Part shown: piece by piece, positions 12,371 to 24,493 of the stretch
Numbering within the stretch: the first letter of the stretch is position 1
How the letters are laid out: every line of letters starts with the position of its first letter
Source: Heteronotia binoei
Taxonomy: Eukaryota
Length of the DNA stretch: 64,000 bases
Direction of reading: 5' to 3'
Assembly (NCBI RefSeq): GCF_032191835.1
Contig: NC_083231.1
Location: 86,986,001 to 87,050,000 of the forward strand
Translations under genes and position numbers: made by a program
The notes under the pieces: generated by a model
Database searches by the model: none
Told to the model about the DNA's origin: nothing
What the model saw: only the letters and a program-made list of their open reading frames with translations

Positions 12371-13745
12371 GCAGTTCTCACTCCCTTTAATGACAGGCAA
12401 ATTAAAAAATGTGCTTGTCAAAAAGTTTATTCTTTAAATTCTATCAAGATGTCAATTAATACAATTGTAAATAGAAAAAAACAAGTTTAGATTTTATAGG
12501 AAAGGAGACTATTGCATGTATTTAAATTCCCCATGTAATTTCAATCTTTTTCTGAAACTTATGACTGGGGAAATCACTGCTGCCCGGGGAAGTCACTTTC
12601 TTACTATGAATTATTACTGTTTCTTTGCTAAGCATTTTGTGTGTGTGTTTTGTACTGATCTGCTGTATGCAGACAAAATATTAACTATTTTAAAACTAGG
12701 TGGCTGGCACCATACTGAAAACCTGTGTCTGTCTCAGGATTGGCTACTGTTACAGGGAGCGGGTACCATCTGAAAACAGGACATAGATCTTCAGAACTTG
12801 CTTTAACTGGTATGCAAATTCATGCTAATTCAATCTAATTGCTCATGTATGTTCTTAAATCAGTTAACAGAGTGTTTTAAAGTTAGTAACAGTCCAACTT
12901 GAGACTATTGTTGCATCATTTTAACCCTATGAAAAGAAGAAAAAGGTTAAAATATGTAAAATATGCTATAGGCCACTTTATCTCCCAATATATATTTTGA
13001 GTACCTGGAGAGAGGCAAATGCACAAAGGCAGTTCTCTGCCAGCTGGAGTAATGAGGAAATGGACCTACAGCACAGTGTTTACATGGAATCAAGGACTTT
13101 TGCCAGCAAACTGCAAAGAGGGGTGGTGAACAGACAGAAAGCTTATTCAGTAGCGGCACATCACCCTTTCCCCTTGAGGCTCACCTGTGCCTACTACACT
13201 ACTAACAACATGTTTGTAATAGGTTTTATAGTAACAAATGTTTCAAGATATTTCCAAGCTACTCTCTGTTTTATGACCTTGCTGTCTTTGAATGCTGAGC
13301 TTTGATAATCTAACTTTTTATGTTATAGGTTTTATTATTTTCTAAACACCTTAGGCAGATTTCCTGGAAAAGCAGCATAGTATTTTTCCAAATAAATAAT
13401 ACAGTCCACTTACAAAGACTACCATGAGGCTAGGAATAATGGGAAAAATAATGGGGAAAAATTTCCATTCAATTATACAGCATAACACTGTCTGATTCAC
13501 AATAGCAAAAGCAGATCAGTTCAAGAAGAAAGAAGATACTTGCCAATACAGAGATCAAAACCTTAGCCCAAAAAGTACTTTAAAAAGTTTAATATCACTG
13601 CTTTTCATGTGAGACCACAACAAAATTCATAATGCCTGAAACACCAGGTATTAAAGGAATGTTACAAGAGGCTTGAATAGAAGCACATACCCATCACCTC
13701 TTCCTCCTGCCCATTACTTCCACAGTACTTCCTATCCTCAACTGC

Positions 13746-13990
13746 AGAACACAGAACTGTCTGAGTCCTGTGGCATCTTTAAGACCAACAAAGTTTACTT
13801 CTGGGTCTAAGTTTTCATGTACATACACACTTCTGGGTATAAGCTTCAATGTGCACAAACACATTTAATGTGATTGTGCACGCATACAAAAGCTTATACC
13901 CAGAATTAAACTTTGTTAATCTTAAAGGTGCCACTGGACTCAAACTTTGTTCTATTGCTTCAGACAAATACAACTCCCATCTGAATCTTC
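13746..13990. repeat. Penelope-type repeat fragments in inverted (fold-back) arrangement
   Basis: Arms 13763-13796 and 13908-13941 are 30/34 reverse-complementary; same family as 28995, 43648 and 46896. Confidence 0.65.
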
Positions 13991-14399
13991 ATCCAACACA
14001 TAGTTTGCACCAATATCACAAGCAAGTTTCTACTGTGCACAGAAACTACTTTAGAGGTCATGTGTTAAAATACACTGCAGATTATTATTAGGAAGACCCA
14101 GTATTTTGTCTCAGTTCACTTCTCAAATGGTCTTGTGAAATTCAACCGCGACCCAAATCTAGTTGCCTCTGACATCTGATCACACGTTTTTCCTAAAGAG
14201 AGTTATCTTCACCTAAGCGCTGCAAAAGTAGAAAAGGCAGCCATCATGGGCTCACTTACTTGAAAGTTAAGACCCGCGAAGCCTTACTTACTTCGAAATA
14301 AGCACACTCAGAATTGTGCTGTATTTTAAACTCAGAAACAACCCCGACTCAACTCCAACGGAAATATCCTAATGACTGCAACCTTACGCCCACATATCT

Positions 14400-15170
14400 T
14401 GGCGAAAGTCCCACGAACTCGACTGAGTGTTGCTTTTGACTGATCACCAGGCGCTAAACATTCTTGTGCCATTCAGAAGGAGACTGGGCAAAACAAAGCC
14501 GCCGGTCTTGCGCCAAAGCAGCGCGCCGGATCCGCAACACCCCCCCCCCCCCCCCGCTCACCGAAAACAACACTCTCCTACTCCCCACGTGGACTTCCAA
14601 AGGGACCCGCGCAGGCCACCGCTGATGACCTCTACAAACGGCGCCTCTCGGTCTCTGCCTGGCGCACGCGCAATACAGACCACTTCCCTCGAGCCCAAAC
14701 TCAGCGGACAGGAGCGTGCCGTAAAACGCGCGGCTCACGTTCCACGACAGTTGCCGACAGATCTTAGAAATCAAGCTACGTTGTAAAGGAAAGAAGGAGT
14801 CGCACCGAATTGGTTCTCGGCTCTTTCGTCGAAGACAAAGCAACAGAGATTCCAGTAGTGGTTTTACATTATTGCTGCACGTTCAGATTTATTATTTTCA
14901 GTCTCTATGAGGACACGCAGACTAAACTTCCGGTATCAAACCGGAAGCTGTTGTTGGCCTTGGTTTTATGAGAACAGGGTGATGCCGCTCTAGTCTTGCA
15001 TTTCTGTGGCTCGCGTAGCCGGCTATGGTGGCAACTCAGCTAGTGTGGTATAAGTACGGATAAGGACTGTGTCCACCTATTCGTGTAGGTTAGTGGTTAG
15101 AATGCCGAGCTGGAACGGCTCAAGTTCAGGGTTGTTGTGGGGATAAACCATCATGGACGCCTCCCTGAAC
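14400..15170. promoter_or_regulatory. GAR1 CpG-island promoter, probably bidirectional
   Basis: High CpG density; NRF1-type GCGCACGCGCA 14662-14672; inverted ETS pair 14926-14947; E-box CCACGTGG 14585-14592. Confidence 0.75.
14562..14660 (-). other. GAR1: Predicted GAR1 non-coding exon 1 (5' boundary approximate)
   Basis: Strong donor TCG|GTGAGC (exon ends at 14562) inside the CpG island; vertebrate GAR1 has an untranslated first exon; TSS not determinable from sequence. Confidence 0.55.
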
Positions 15171-15347
15171 TCCTCGGATTTTTTTTTTTAAGTTTGATTT
15201 TGTACAATTTTTTTAATCATTTGTAGAACTTTGGGTTTAACAAGTTTGTGTTTGTGTGTGAAAATGATGATTGACTAATCAGAAATCGTGAAGATCCACC
15301 CCCCCCCCCCCGAATAGATCCCTTTGAATCGGGAGTTAAGCACTAAA

Positions 15348-15612
15348 GCGGTTGGCCAAACTTGCTTAACATAAAAGCCACATAGAATAAACGTCAGATA
15401 TTTGACACCCGCAACATCAGTTGTCTGAGAGCTGCAAGGAAGGAAGGAAGTAAAATAGATGGGGAGGAAGGAGAGGTGGAAAAAAGCAACTTTAAATGCA
15501 TTTCTCCAAGCCACTGGCTGACTGCTTGAAAAAGTTATTTAAAGAGAGAAATGCCTTCTCCAAGTGTGTGAAAGAGCCACAGTTTGGTCAGTAAAGAGCC
15601 ACAGTTTGGTCA
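15348..15612. mobile_element. hAT MITE (CAGGGGTGGCCAAAC family), degenerate ends
   Basis: GGCCAAACTTGCTTAACATAAAAGCCAC...GAGCCACAGTTTGG, collinear with the 999 and 48381 copies. Confidence 0.7.
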
Positions 15613-16291
15613 CTAAAGCTGTGTTCACCCCGATTTCAGTAAGCCTGGTACTTCTTTTCATACTGATTGAATCAACCTACAGTGTGCTTGTTAGATGTCT
15701 CTTTGAATGTACTGTTAACCAATTACAGTGGGTAATCTGCTTTTCAGTGATGAAGGCGGACTATAAATACAGTAAAATAAATAATTTGGATTCTGAAATG
15801 CTTCAATTCCATTAGTTCAGAAGCTTTGTAAACTTGCACATGAAATTTACTAATTTTTTACACTTTAGAAATCTGCATTTTTCTTTTTCACATGTACACA
15901 CAAACAGAAGGGAAAGGACTGAAAACAGCTTTATTTAGCCCAGCAAATTCATCTTTGGGGAGGAGGAAAGATGAAGGCATCATCAGTTGAATGAGAATTA
16001 CTTTTGCTGCGGGCAGACCCTGCTGAGTTTCCTAAATCTCACGAGATCAGGCTAGCCTGGGATGTTTCAGCGTGACGTGATTATGATTTGGTAATTTAAA
16101 GTGTAATCCTGAAGCCTTTTAAGTCTGTTCAATAAATTTAGGAGCCTAGATTCGGGTTGCTGTAACTCTGATTAGGACTGCACTGTTGAACTGCTTTCTC
16201 CAAGAGAGTCTGAAACATTGTTAGGAATACTGCCATATTTTTATCAACATGGTTAAAAAGAAATGACTAAAAAGATAAAAACTAAAAAATG

Positions 16292-16415
16292 AAAACAAGT
16301 CCTTTGGCACTCTAGAAACTAAAAAAAAAAAAATCCAGCATAAATATTCACAACTTAGTGAATTCATGTTGGAATAAATGTTAGTCTGTAAGGTGCCATT
16401 GGACTTTTGTTTTAT
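16292..16415. repeat. Degenerate Penelope-type terminal fragments, inverted pair
   Basis: AAAACAAGTCCTTTGGCACTCTAGAAACTAA versus TTAGTCTGTAAGGTGCCATTGGACTTTTGTTTT. Confidence 0.4.
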
Positions 16416-18684
16416 TTTGTTTTGTATTTATTTTATTTTGTAGTTATGGATAAATGGCCACTCATCTGGAACTAAGACAAGTGACAGTTAACAAGCCCTA
16501 GTAACAGCAGCATAACTGGGGATGACTTCCCCAGGGTGTATGTATGGGGGGGGGGGGTTTGCCATCTTCCGCACAACAGGGAAAGAGTGAATTAATTTGC
16601 CTGAGGTATACAAAAATCTCGGCCCTAATTTGGATCATGGATTTTTTCATAGTTGATTTAACTTGTTACAAAATTTCTACATGGAAACATGTTCTGAATA
16701 AGAATTAAAGGGCAGCCCAAATTATATGTACTTCCGTGGAACTGATTCTCACACAGATGTGTATAATATTGCAACCCTGACATGCTTACAAAGTACACAA
16801 AACTGTGGTTGTGTTTCCTTTGGAACGAAGCAGCTGATTTCTCAGTAATTTGCCTTATCGCTGAAGATTGGGAAACAAGGAAATGAACTATTACATTGGC
16901 ACTGTTGAGCTCTATGCATCTTTCCTTTTCATTACAACTTAGGGCTTACCAAGCTAATGATGTATGGAACTGATAAAAGTCTGCTAATAAAAGTTGTGTT
17001 GCTTCTGTCCAGCAAAATCCCAAGAACTAAAGCCAAAGTCAGCTGGAATTTGGTCACCACCTTGATGATTTCAGCTCAACAGTCTATCTGTAAACAACTA
17101 CAAATATAACATTCAAATAAATCACAGGAGTATGTATGTGTATTGACAAATCAAGGAATGCAAATTTATTATTTACTCTTTTCACTATTAATTTATTGCA
17201 TGATCATCCCAGGAAACTCTAGAATGCAGAGGGTTTCCTGATAAGTAGTTTTTATGCAGTTTGGGAAAATAACTTCCTTTGTTTAAACCTGAACTCGGCA
17301 TCCAGAACTGCAGTAAATCTTGCTTCCAACTCAATGTATTAAGAACGAGCATATACCATTTTTTCCTATTTAGCAGATACAGTTCTAGTTTTCTTGCATC
17401 TCTCATTGGCACCTTATTTGCCCCTATTATGTAGTTATTTTCGCCTTTTGACAATGCTTGGCTAAATTTTCATTAGTGTGACTTGCTAGCAGGGTTGTGC
17501 TTCAGGTTTTATCTCTAGGAGTTCTGAGCTCTAGAAGTTAAATCTCCGAATATGGAAGGGATACAGTTTGTATGTGTTGCACATACACATTAATGTACAT
17601 GAATGTTCAAGTTCCTTTTGCAATACACAGGGTGGGATCACACTGGGAATTTGGTACTGCAATATCCCAGCTTTGAAAAGCCAGTTCTGTTTGATGTGAG
17701 CCATGGCAGTCACATAGCCCCTGCCCTGCTGCCAGGAGAGGCACATGCTGCACACATGCAAGACTGCTCCTGTGTGTGCAGGGTGCTTGCATCACATGCC
17801 CTGGCTGTTCAGACAGTCAGAAACATGCCCTGCCTGCATTTTAGAGATTTGCTACTGGAAGTTCCTGATAGCTATTTAATCTGGTCCCAGCCCATCCTAA
17901 AATGAGGTAAACATGGGTGGGACTCATGGACAGATGTGCTCATGTGATCATGCACATTAAATCCGGAGGGGAGGCATGGCTAGATCAGACAAAATTGCTT
18001 GTGTGATTGCACCCGCAGTCTGTTGTTTCACTTGCTGCAGTTTCTGTTTTGAAACAGACAACATATTGTGGGACAGTTAATTTCCCAAGTATAGTTTGAG
18101 ATAAACTAAAACAATAATGTCTTCTTGGATGCTAAATCAATACAGTTTAAACTATTGTAGAGAAAACGAGTGTATCATATGGATATGGACTACAGTAGGA
18201 GGGTTGTTAGAAGCATGCTGTTATTTTTTTACCTGTGAAATGTTGGAGGGCATGCTAAAGTTTGAGCAAATCAAAGGATCTGGAGTTAAAAAAAAAAGCC
18301 ACTTTGGACCTATGTAAATAAGATATCCGACACAGATTTCAGGTTAAGTCTGAGAAAGATCAGGCAGTTAATGTACAATATGAATGTTTTTTGAATTTGC
18401 AGACTCATGGCCAGGCTAGCCATTACAACGACCTAATATCCAGGGTGGCCAGAATGCTTGCTTAATGTGCATTTTCCAGTACATGATTTGGTGGGCATCT
18501 TTGTTCCCTGCTACTTTTTGATAGAGTGGTGTGGAGCTGCCTTAATGGCTAGCACACCCCTAGGAAATTATATAAGAAACATAAGGTTGCCAACTGCAAC
18601 CTGGGAAATTTGGGGGCAATGCCAGATGAGGGAAGAAAGCAGAGATGTGATGGTATAAAGTCCACCCTCTGAAGCTACCGTTTC

Positions 18685-19260
18685 TAGGGTTGCCAGGTCC
18701 AATTCAAGAAGTATCTGGGGACTTTGGGGGTGGAGCTGGGAGATATTGGGGGTGGAACCAGGAGCAAGGTTGTGACAAGCATAATTGAACTCCAAAGGGA
18801 GTTCTGGCTATCACATTTAAAGATATGCACATCTTTTAAATGCCTTCTCTCCATTGGAAATAATGAAGGATGGGGGGGACATTCTTTTGGGGCTCATAGA
18901 ATTTGACCCCCTGGTCCAATCTTTTTGAAACTTGGAGGATGTTTTGAGGAGAGGCACCAGGTGCTATGCTGCAAATTTTGTGCCTCTAACTAAAAAAAAA
19001 ACAGATCCCAACAGATCAATTCTCTATTATACCCTATGGGAATCGGTCTACACAGAGAATAATGGAGTGCCCAAGAGACAGCCCCCCCCCCCCGCTTTCT
19101 GATGTCCCTGAAGTGGGGGAAAGGCCTCCAAACCAGAGGATCCCCTGCCTCCACCTGGGGATTCGCAAGCCTAACTTACCTCCAGAAAAACCGATGCCTG
19201 TGGTCTGGAAATCAGTTACAATCGCAGATCTCTAGGCCCCCCTGGAAGCTGGCAACCCTA
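18685..19260. mobile_element. MITE with TAGGGTTGCCAG TIRs (hAT-Blackjack-like)
   Basis: TAGGGTTGCCAG...CTGGCAACCCTA; related partial copies at about 36647, 38578 and 62640. Confidence 0.7.
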
Positions 19261-19485
19261 GGCAAGTCTACTTGTAAATAGGTCTTACTATATTCATTGG
19301 GGCTTACTCCCAGAAAGAGGTTTTTAGGAATCCAGCCTGATGTTTCAGTAGGTCAGAATAAAAGGATATTTCTTGTGATGTAGCCAGATTTTAGGAATGT
19401 GTGTACAAGAGCCTATTATTTGTTGATTTTTCAGCATTATGAATAAGATATACTAGATTTTCTTTTGCTGATTTAATTAACACTC

Positions 19486-19901
19486 TTCCCAGAAATGGGC
19501 AGTCCCAGAACTAGACACACATTGGTTTCTTTATCCATTTGCCAGGAAGTTGAGCAACTGACCTAAAGAACCTTGAAATATGAGCCTCCTGAATGAGAAA
19601 CGGGCAGAGCAGGGGGCATTTTCATTTGTCCAAAGAGCTTTCTATGTAAAGTAGCTACATTGTGAAACTCTCAAAGGGTGGGAAAGATATAAGAGTTGGC
19701 CGGAGAGACTGGTGCACTCCTACTGGGGTTGTCTCTTGCTTTTTCCGCGGTTACAGTCAACTAGGCTAAACTAAGACACAGTCCTCAGAGTTCAGAAATA
19801 TCAGTTCACAAGGAGGTACCTTCCAAAACAATTTTTTAAATATTTACTAGCGGTTAAAAATTAAACACATCGAGAAGTCAGAGGCTGGGGGAAATTGCAA
19901 G
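19486..19901 (+). promoter_or_regulatory. Candidate liver/acute-phase promoter of CFI
   Basis: STAT GAS TTCCCAGAA 19486-19494; FOXA-type TATTTAC 19841-19847; HNF1-like GGTTAAAAATTAAAC 19852-19866; C/EBP-like ATTGCAAG 19894-19901; motif matches only. Confidence 0.45.
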
Positions 19902-19939
19902 GAAAGAAGATCTAAACAGACAGAAAGATACTCTTCATC

Positions 19940-20002
19940 ATGAGACCATTATCAGTTCTAGTGTTTGTTTTATACTCATTGCTTTGCACTTATGCAGTAA
20001 CG
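19940..20002 (+). CDS. CFI: Complement factor I exon 1 (signal peptide)
   Basis: MRPLSVLVFVLYSLLCTYAVT|GTAAGA; hydrophobic leader; phase 0 matches exon 2. Confidence 0.88.
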
Positions 20003-20254
20003 GTAAGAATTTTATTTTAGATAAAGTAATTTATAACTGAGAAAAACATTTTATCTGTAATACATTTTATTGATTGATGGATTGATTGCCAGGAACTGTA
20101 AGAAAAGCCTAGCTGTTTCAGTTTTGGGCTATTTTCCATGCACTCCTAAATGTAGCTACTGCCTTTTGAGACCATTGATTTCTATGGATTTGGACAGGGG
20201 CAAATCCTCTGTTTGGAGGACTGTACTGCTAGAAGTAATTTTTCTTTCTTCCAG

Positions 20255-20561
20255 GATAAATCTAGTAGCGGAAAGAACCCAATCCAGCAAGCTCCACTAG
20301 GTCAGCAAGAAAAGTATTTGATAGGCGAATGTGTAAAGAACAGTTATACGGTTAATTCTTGCAGTAAAGTTTTTTGCCAACCCTGGCAAAGGTGTATGAA
20401 CGGTACCTGTTCCTGTAAGCTACCATATCAATGCCCAAGGAATGGCACTTCAGTTTGCACTACTGAGGGAAGGGCATTTCGGACTTACTGTCAACTAAAG
20501 AGCTATGAATGTCAGCGTCCCCTGAGCAAATTTAGGAACAGAGGAAGCTGTAAACCTCAAG
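20255..20561 (+). CDS. CFI: CFI exon 2 (FIMAC domain)
   Basis: CSKVFCQPWQRCMNGTCSCKLPYQCPRNGTSVC...TYCQLKSYEC; CAG| and G|GTATGA; 307 nt. Confidence 0.97.
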
Positions 20562-21111
20562 GTATGAATGTTGTATCTCTCTTTTTTGTCTCTTGTGACA
20601 AGGACCAACTAGTAAAGATGGGAAGCTCAAGCATGCTGGCATTAATTGGTCTACCAGTTATTCTGTAATGTCTGCAGGATATGGTCTTAAAAATCTTTGT
20701 TTCTGTGCAAAACAAGAATCATAATGCTTTGGTTAATCAAAAACTTAATTTAGTTTAAAAATGAGAAATGCAAGTTTGCTGGGTTTTTGTGTTCAGTTTG
20801 CTGTGGCAAATTAAACATAACTTTGTTCAGTCAAATGCTGTATGTTATCATGGCTATTTTGGATATATTGGTTTCATAAGTTTCCAGAACTATGCCTAAA
20901 ATCTGCATTGTCATATTTTGTTTGGTTTCCTGTAAAAAAAAATTATGACTTTTTGGCAGAAGATTACATTCAGATTAAGACTGAATTAAAATGGCTTATG
21001 CTTCAAGGAAATTTTCCATTTAAAAAATTTGGCACAGTGGGAATGTCACATGCTGGTAAGCTTTGTAGTGAAATAGGCAGAAGTATTAGCAGGTTTCATT
21101 TTGCCTTCTAG

Positions 21112-21256
21112 ACAACTTCGACATACTCTTGAAACCAGAAAATAAATCGGAGAAATTCCCTGAAGTTGAAGTAAATTCCCAGAAGTTGTTTATTTGCGGG
21201 CATGAATGGAGTATGAATGAAGCAAATGTGGTCTGCAGACATCTTCATTTCCCAGA
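21112..21256 (+). CDS. CFI: CFI exon 3 (SRCR domain, first half)
   Basis: ...LFICGHEWSMNEANVVCRHLHFP(E); TAG| and |GTAAGA; 145 nt, phase 1-2. Confidence 0.92.
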
Positions 21257-21388
21257 GTAAGATTATGAAATGGGGAAAACATGTTATGCTGATAAATATG
21301 ACGTCTAAAGAGGGTGCCACTGTTAACAAAAAGCCAGCATTTGTAAAGATCTCTGTAGCAGAACGATGCCAAATTTAAAGGTCTAGCC

Positions 21389-21991
21389 CAGGGGTGTCAA
21401 ACATGTGGCCCGTGGGCCAAACCAGGCCCCCAGAGGGCTCCTATTAACCCCCCCCCGAGCAATTGGCTGTTATCTGCTTCCTTCTCCCTCTCTCTTGCTT
21501 TCTTCTGCTAACAGCTTGCTTTGCAAGGCTTGCTCAATTGCACAGAAGCTTCAAAAAAAACCCCTCTGTTTTCTCAATTGGCTGAGAAAACTCCCCCTTG
21601 GGGAGCTTGCTTTGCCAGGCTCTCTCAATTGCACAGTAGAGCTACTGAGTCAAGCCTCTCCCTCTTCTATTGGCTGAGGCTCCTCCCCCTTCTTGTCCCC
21701 TTGGGAAGAAAAGAAAGAGCCAGAGCTTCCTTTGCCCAGTTCCCTGGATCCCATGGGAGAGATACAAAATACGCACCTTTAAGACCAATGAGTGCTAATG
21801 TTGTAAGCATGTTTTATTTAAAGGGTTTTTTTTTAAACCCTTTAATTTTGTTTGTGTCCTTTATAAAGTTTATAACTCTGCTACGTAATCTTAAGTAGGT
21901 ATACACATGGCCCGGCCTGACATGGCCTGGCCCAGCAAGGTCTCATTTATGTCACATCTCACCCTCATAACAAATGAGTTTGACACCCCTG
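21389..21991. mobile_element. hAT MITE (CAGGGGTGTCAAAC family), opposite orientation to the GAR1 copies
   Basis: Perfect TIRs CAGGGGTGTCAAAC / GTTTGACACCCCTG; flanks GTCTAGCC / GGCTAGGC. Confidence 0.88.
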
Positions 21992-22124
21992 GGCTAGGCC
22001 ATAGTTCAGTGGTGAGCACGGAGTTGGATCCAGCCAGGTTTCAAACGCAATCTTGGCCAGTTCTTTCTTTATCTCAGCTCCCATTCCACATTGCTTTTGT
22101 CCATCCAGGTTACATGATCCCCAG

Positions 22125-22622
22125 AATAACTACAAGGTGCTGGTTATTACCTTTAAAGCCCTATATGGCCGAGGACCTGCCTATCTTAGGGACCGCCTCT
22201 CCCCACATGTTCCCCAGAGAGCACTAAGATCTAGCTCCCAAAGCCTTTTAAGGATCCCTGGACCAAAGGAGGCCAAACTGAAAGTAACGAGGGAGCAGGC
22301 CTTCTCCATAATGGCCCCCCAGTGGTGGAATCAACTACCGGAGGAAGTGCGAGCCCTGCGGGACTTTAATCAGTTCCGCAGGGCTTGCAAAACCACCCTC
22401 TTTCTGCAAGCGTATAAGGAGCCCTGAAAGCGATATCTAGCCATCGGAATACATCTATTGAACATAGCACCTTAATTTATTGTAGTTTTAACTTTTTATG
22501 TAACTGTTTTAAATGTATTTATTAACTGTATTTTAAAATTGTTTTATGCAAATCATGGTTATACCATGTCTTGTTAGCCGCCCTGAGCCTGCTTCGGCGG
22601 GGAGGGCGGGATATAAATAAAA

Positions 22623-22652
<30 letters not shown>
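22125..22652 (+). mobile_element. L2-clade LINE 3' fragment with (ATT)n tail
   Basis: ORF2 C-terminus YKVLVITFKALYGRGPAYLRDRL...APQWWNQLPEEVR...FRRACKTTLF; 3'UTR ending GAGGGCGGGATATAAAT and (ATT)n. Confidence 0.85.
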
Positions 22653-22653
<1 letters not shown>

Positions 22654-23969
22654 GGTTTAACTAGCAGAGAAGTTTGTCCATGTGTAGCCTCTCTACACAT
22701 GGTTCAACCCCCAGAACCTCCAATTAAAGCATTTCAAGTGGCATATTAAAGGGAAGGAATGTTCCCTAGAGACCTGGAAAACTACTGAAAGTCATAATAG
22801 ATTATGTTTGCCAATCTCCAGTTTGGAGGATCCCCCCGCCTCACTTCAGGGTCTTCAGAAAGCAGGGGGAAGGAGGGAAATGTCTGCTAGACACCATTAT
22901 TCCCTATGGAGACTGATTCCCATAGGGTATAATGGAAAATTGATCTGCGGATATCTGGGAGGAGGGTTGTTTTTTGAGATAGAGGCACCAAATTTTTTCT
23001 TTAAATTTATGAATTCCCCAATCCCTGAGTGGACAGGGGTGATGTACAAAAAAAGTTCAAAACATAAAACATAGCATTATTAAAACCAATAAACAAATCA
23101 TTTCTTAAATTCTTAAAATAATCTCCAGATGGCATCACTAAATTTATCTTAAACCCATTCTGCACCTGTGGGCAGGATAAGGAGGAGGCAGAAATAAAAA
23201 AAGATGGACGAAAAAGAGGAGGGTGCCAGCCATGATGGAAACTATTGCTGTGTTCAACCAAAATCCTGGCAGAACATCTCTGCCTTACAGGTCCTGTAGA
23301 ATTGTGTTAAGTCCCACAGGGCAGAGAGTTTGGCAGGACTCATGCTGCTGCATTCTGGATCAGTTGGAGCTTCTGGGTCAGTCTCAAGGGCAGGCCAGTG
23401 TACAGCATTATATCCCTTCCCAGGCTCCACGTCGAAATCTAGATGTACTTTTGCCTTTCACTTGTACTCCAGGATTATATAGTGTCCTGTTAGAATGGGT
23501 TTACAAATGGGACAGTAAGAACAGCGGAATAAAGTTACCATATGGTGCCTTATACAAGATGCTGCTGTACATAACTCAGTCCCAAATGCTACATGTTGGC
23601 AGCTCACCCACATCTTAAAACACAGAGATCCACATGAAAGAAGTGAGTAGAGAGTATGTTTTAAAGGTTCAAATGGACACATGTTCTGGAAGTGCCGAGA
23701 TCTTTCTAGCTTTTGACTCCCCCTTGCATCCCCTTCCACAAGCACTTGTCAAAATTCCACAAGTCACAGCTATATAGCTTTACCAACATAATGGAATCAG
23801 AACTTGAAATCCGCTAGAGACAGCTAATCCTTTAATCTTGCCTTCTTTGTGCCAGGTAGCTTTACAAGATGGGGTGAAAATAAAAACATCTTCCTCGTCC
23901 ACATTTGATATTAAAGTCTGAATTAGATAATAATATGGTTCTCGGCATATTTTTGTTTGCATTTTTCAG

Positions 23970-24139
23970 AGGGGCTGATCGTATAAAATTGGCACGCCCA
24001 GACAGTGCCTGGAATTCGTCAGAATGCCTTAAAGCAACTTGCAGAGGCATAGAGACCAGCCTAGCAGAATGCTCTTTAGCTAGAACCCGTAGGGGTCAAA
24101 AGAAGCTTGCTACGGTGATGTGCCACACAAAACACAGAG
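23970..24139 (+). CDS. CFI: CFI exon 4 (SRCR domain, second half)
   Basis: GADRIKLARPDSAWNSSECLKATCRGIETSLAEC...VMCHTKHR; 170 nt, phase 2-1. Confidence 0.95.
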
Positions 24140-24320
24140 GTAGGTAAAGTACATTTCCCAAGATGGGGGGAGAAGCTGTGTGCTTGGTTAGTCATTTTAT
24201 ACTGTGTGTTTCATTTTAGTGATGCTGTAAAATTTGAAGCCAATGGGGTCATGTTTCAAAGATTCATTGCTTATAAATATTATGAATACTCTGTTACCAT
24301 TTAGTTCTTCTTGTCACAGC

Positions 24321-24493
24321 CAGTGTTCCCTCTAAGCTGTGCAAGTGAGCAGCTGCTCATTAACTCAGGACGCTCCGGTTGTCAGCAATCTGGAGCCACG
24401 CAGGGTCTTGCACTGCCCATTGCCCATTTGAAGATCACAGCAGTTATATTCTGCTCAAGATGTGAACTGCTGCTTTCAGTAGAGGGAGCACTG
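24321..24493. mobile_element. hAT MITE (CAGTGTTCCCTCTA TIR family)
   Basis: TIRs CAGTGTTCCCTCTA / TAGAGGGAGCACTG; perfect 8-bp TSD GTCACAGC. Confidence 0.85.

Noticed and set aside
6414-14561. Intronic snoRNA/scaRNA in GAR1
   Set aside because: No convincing C/D or H/ACA hairpin-box arrangement was seen by eye; an Infernal/snoReport scan would be needed to exclude it fully.
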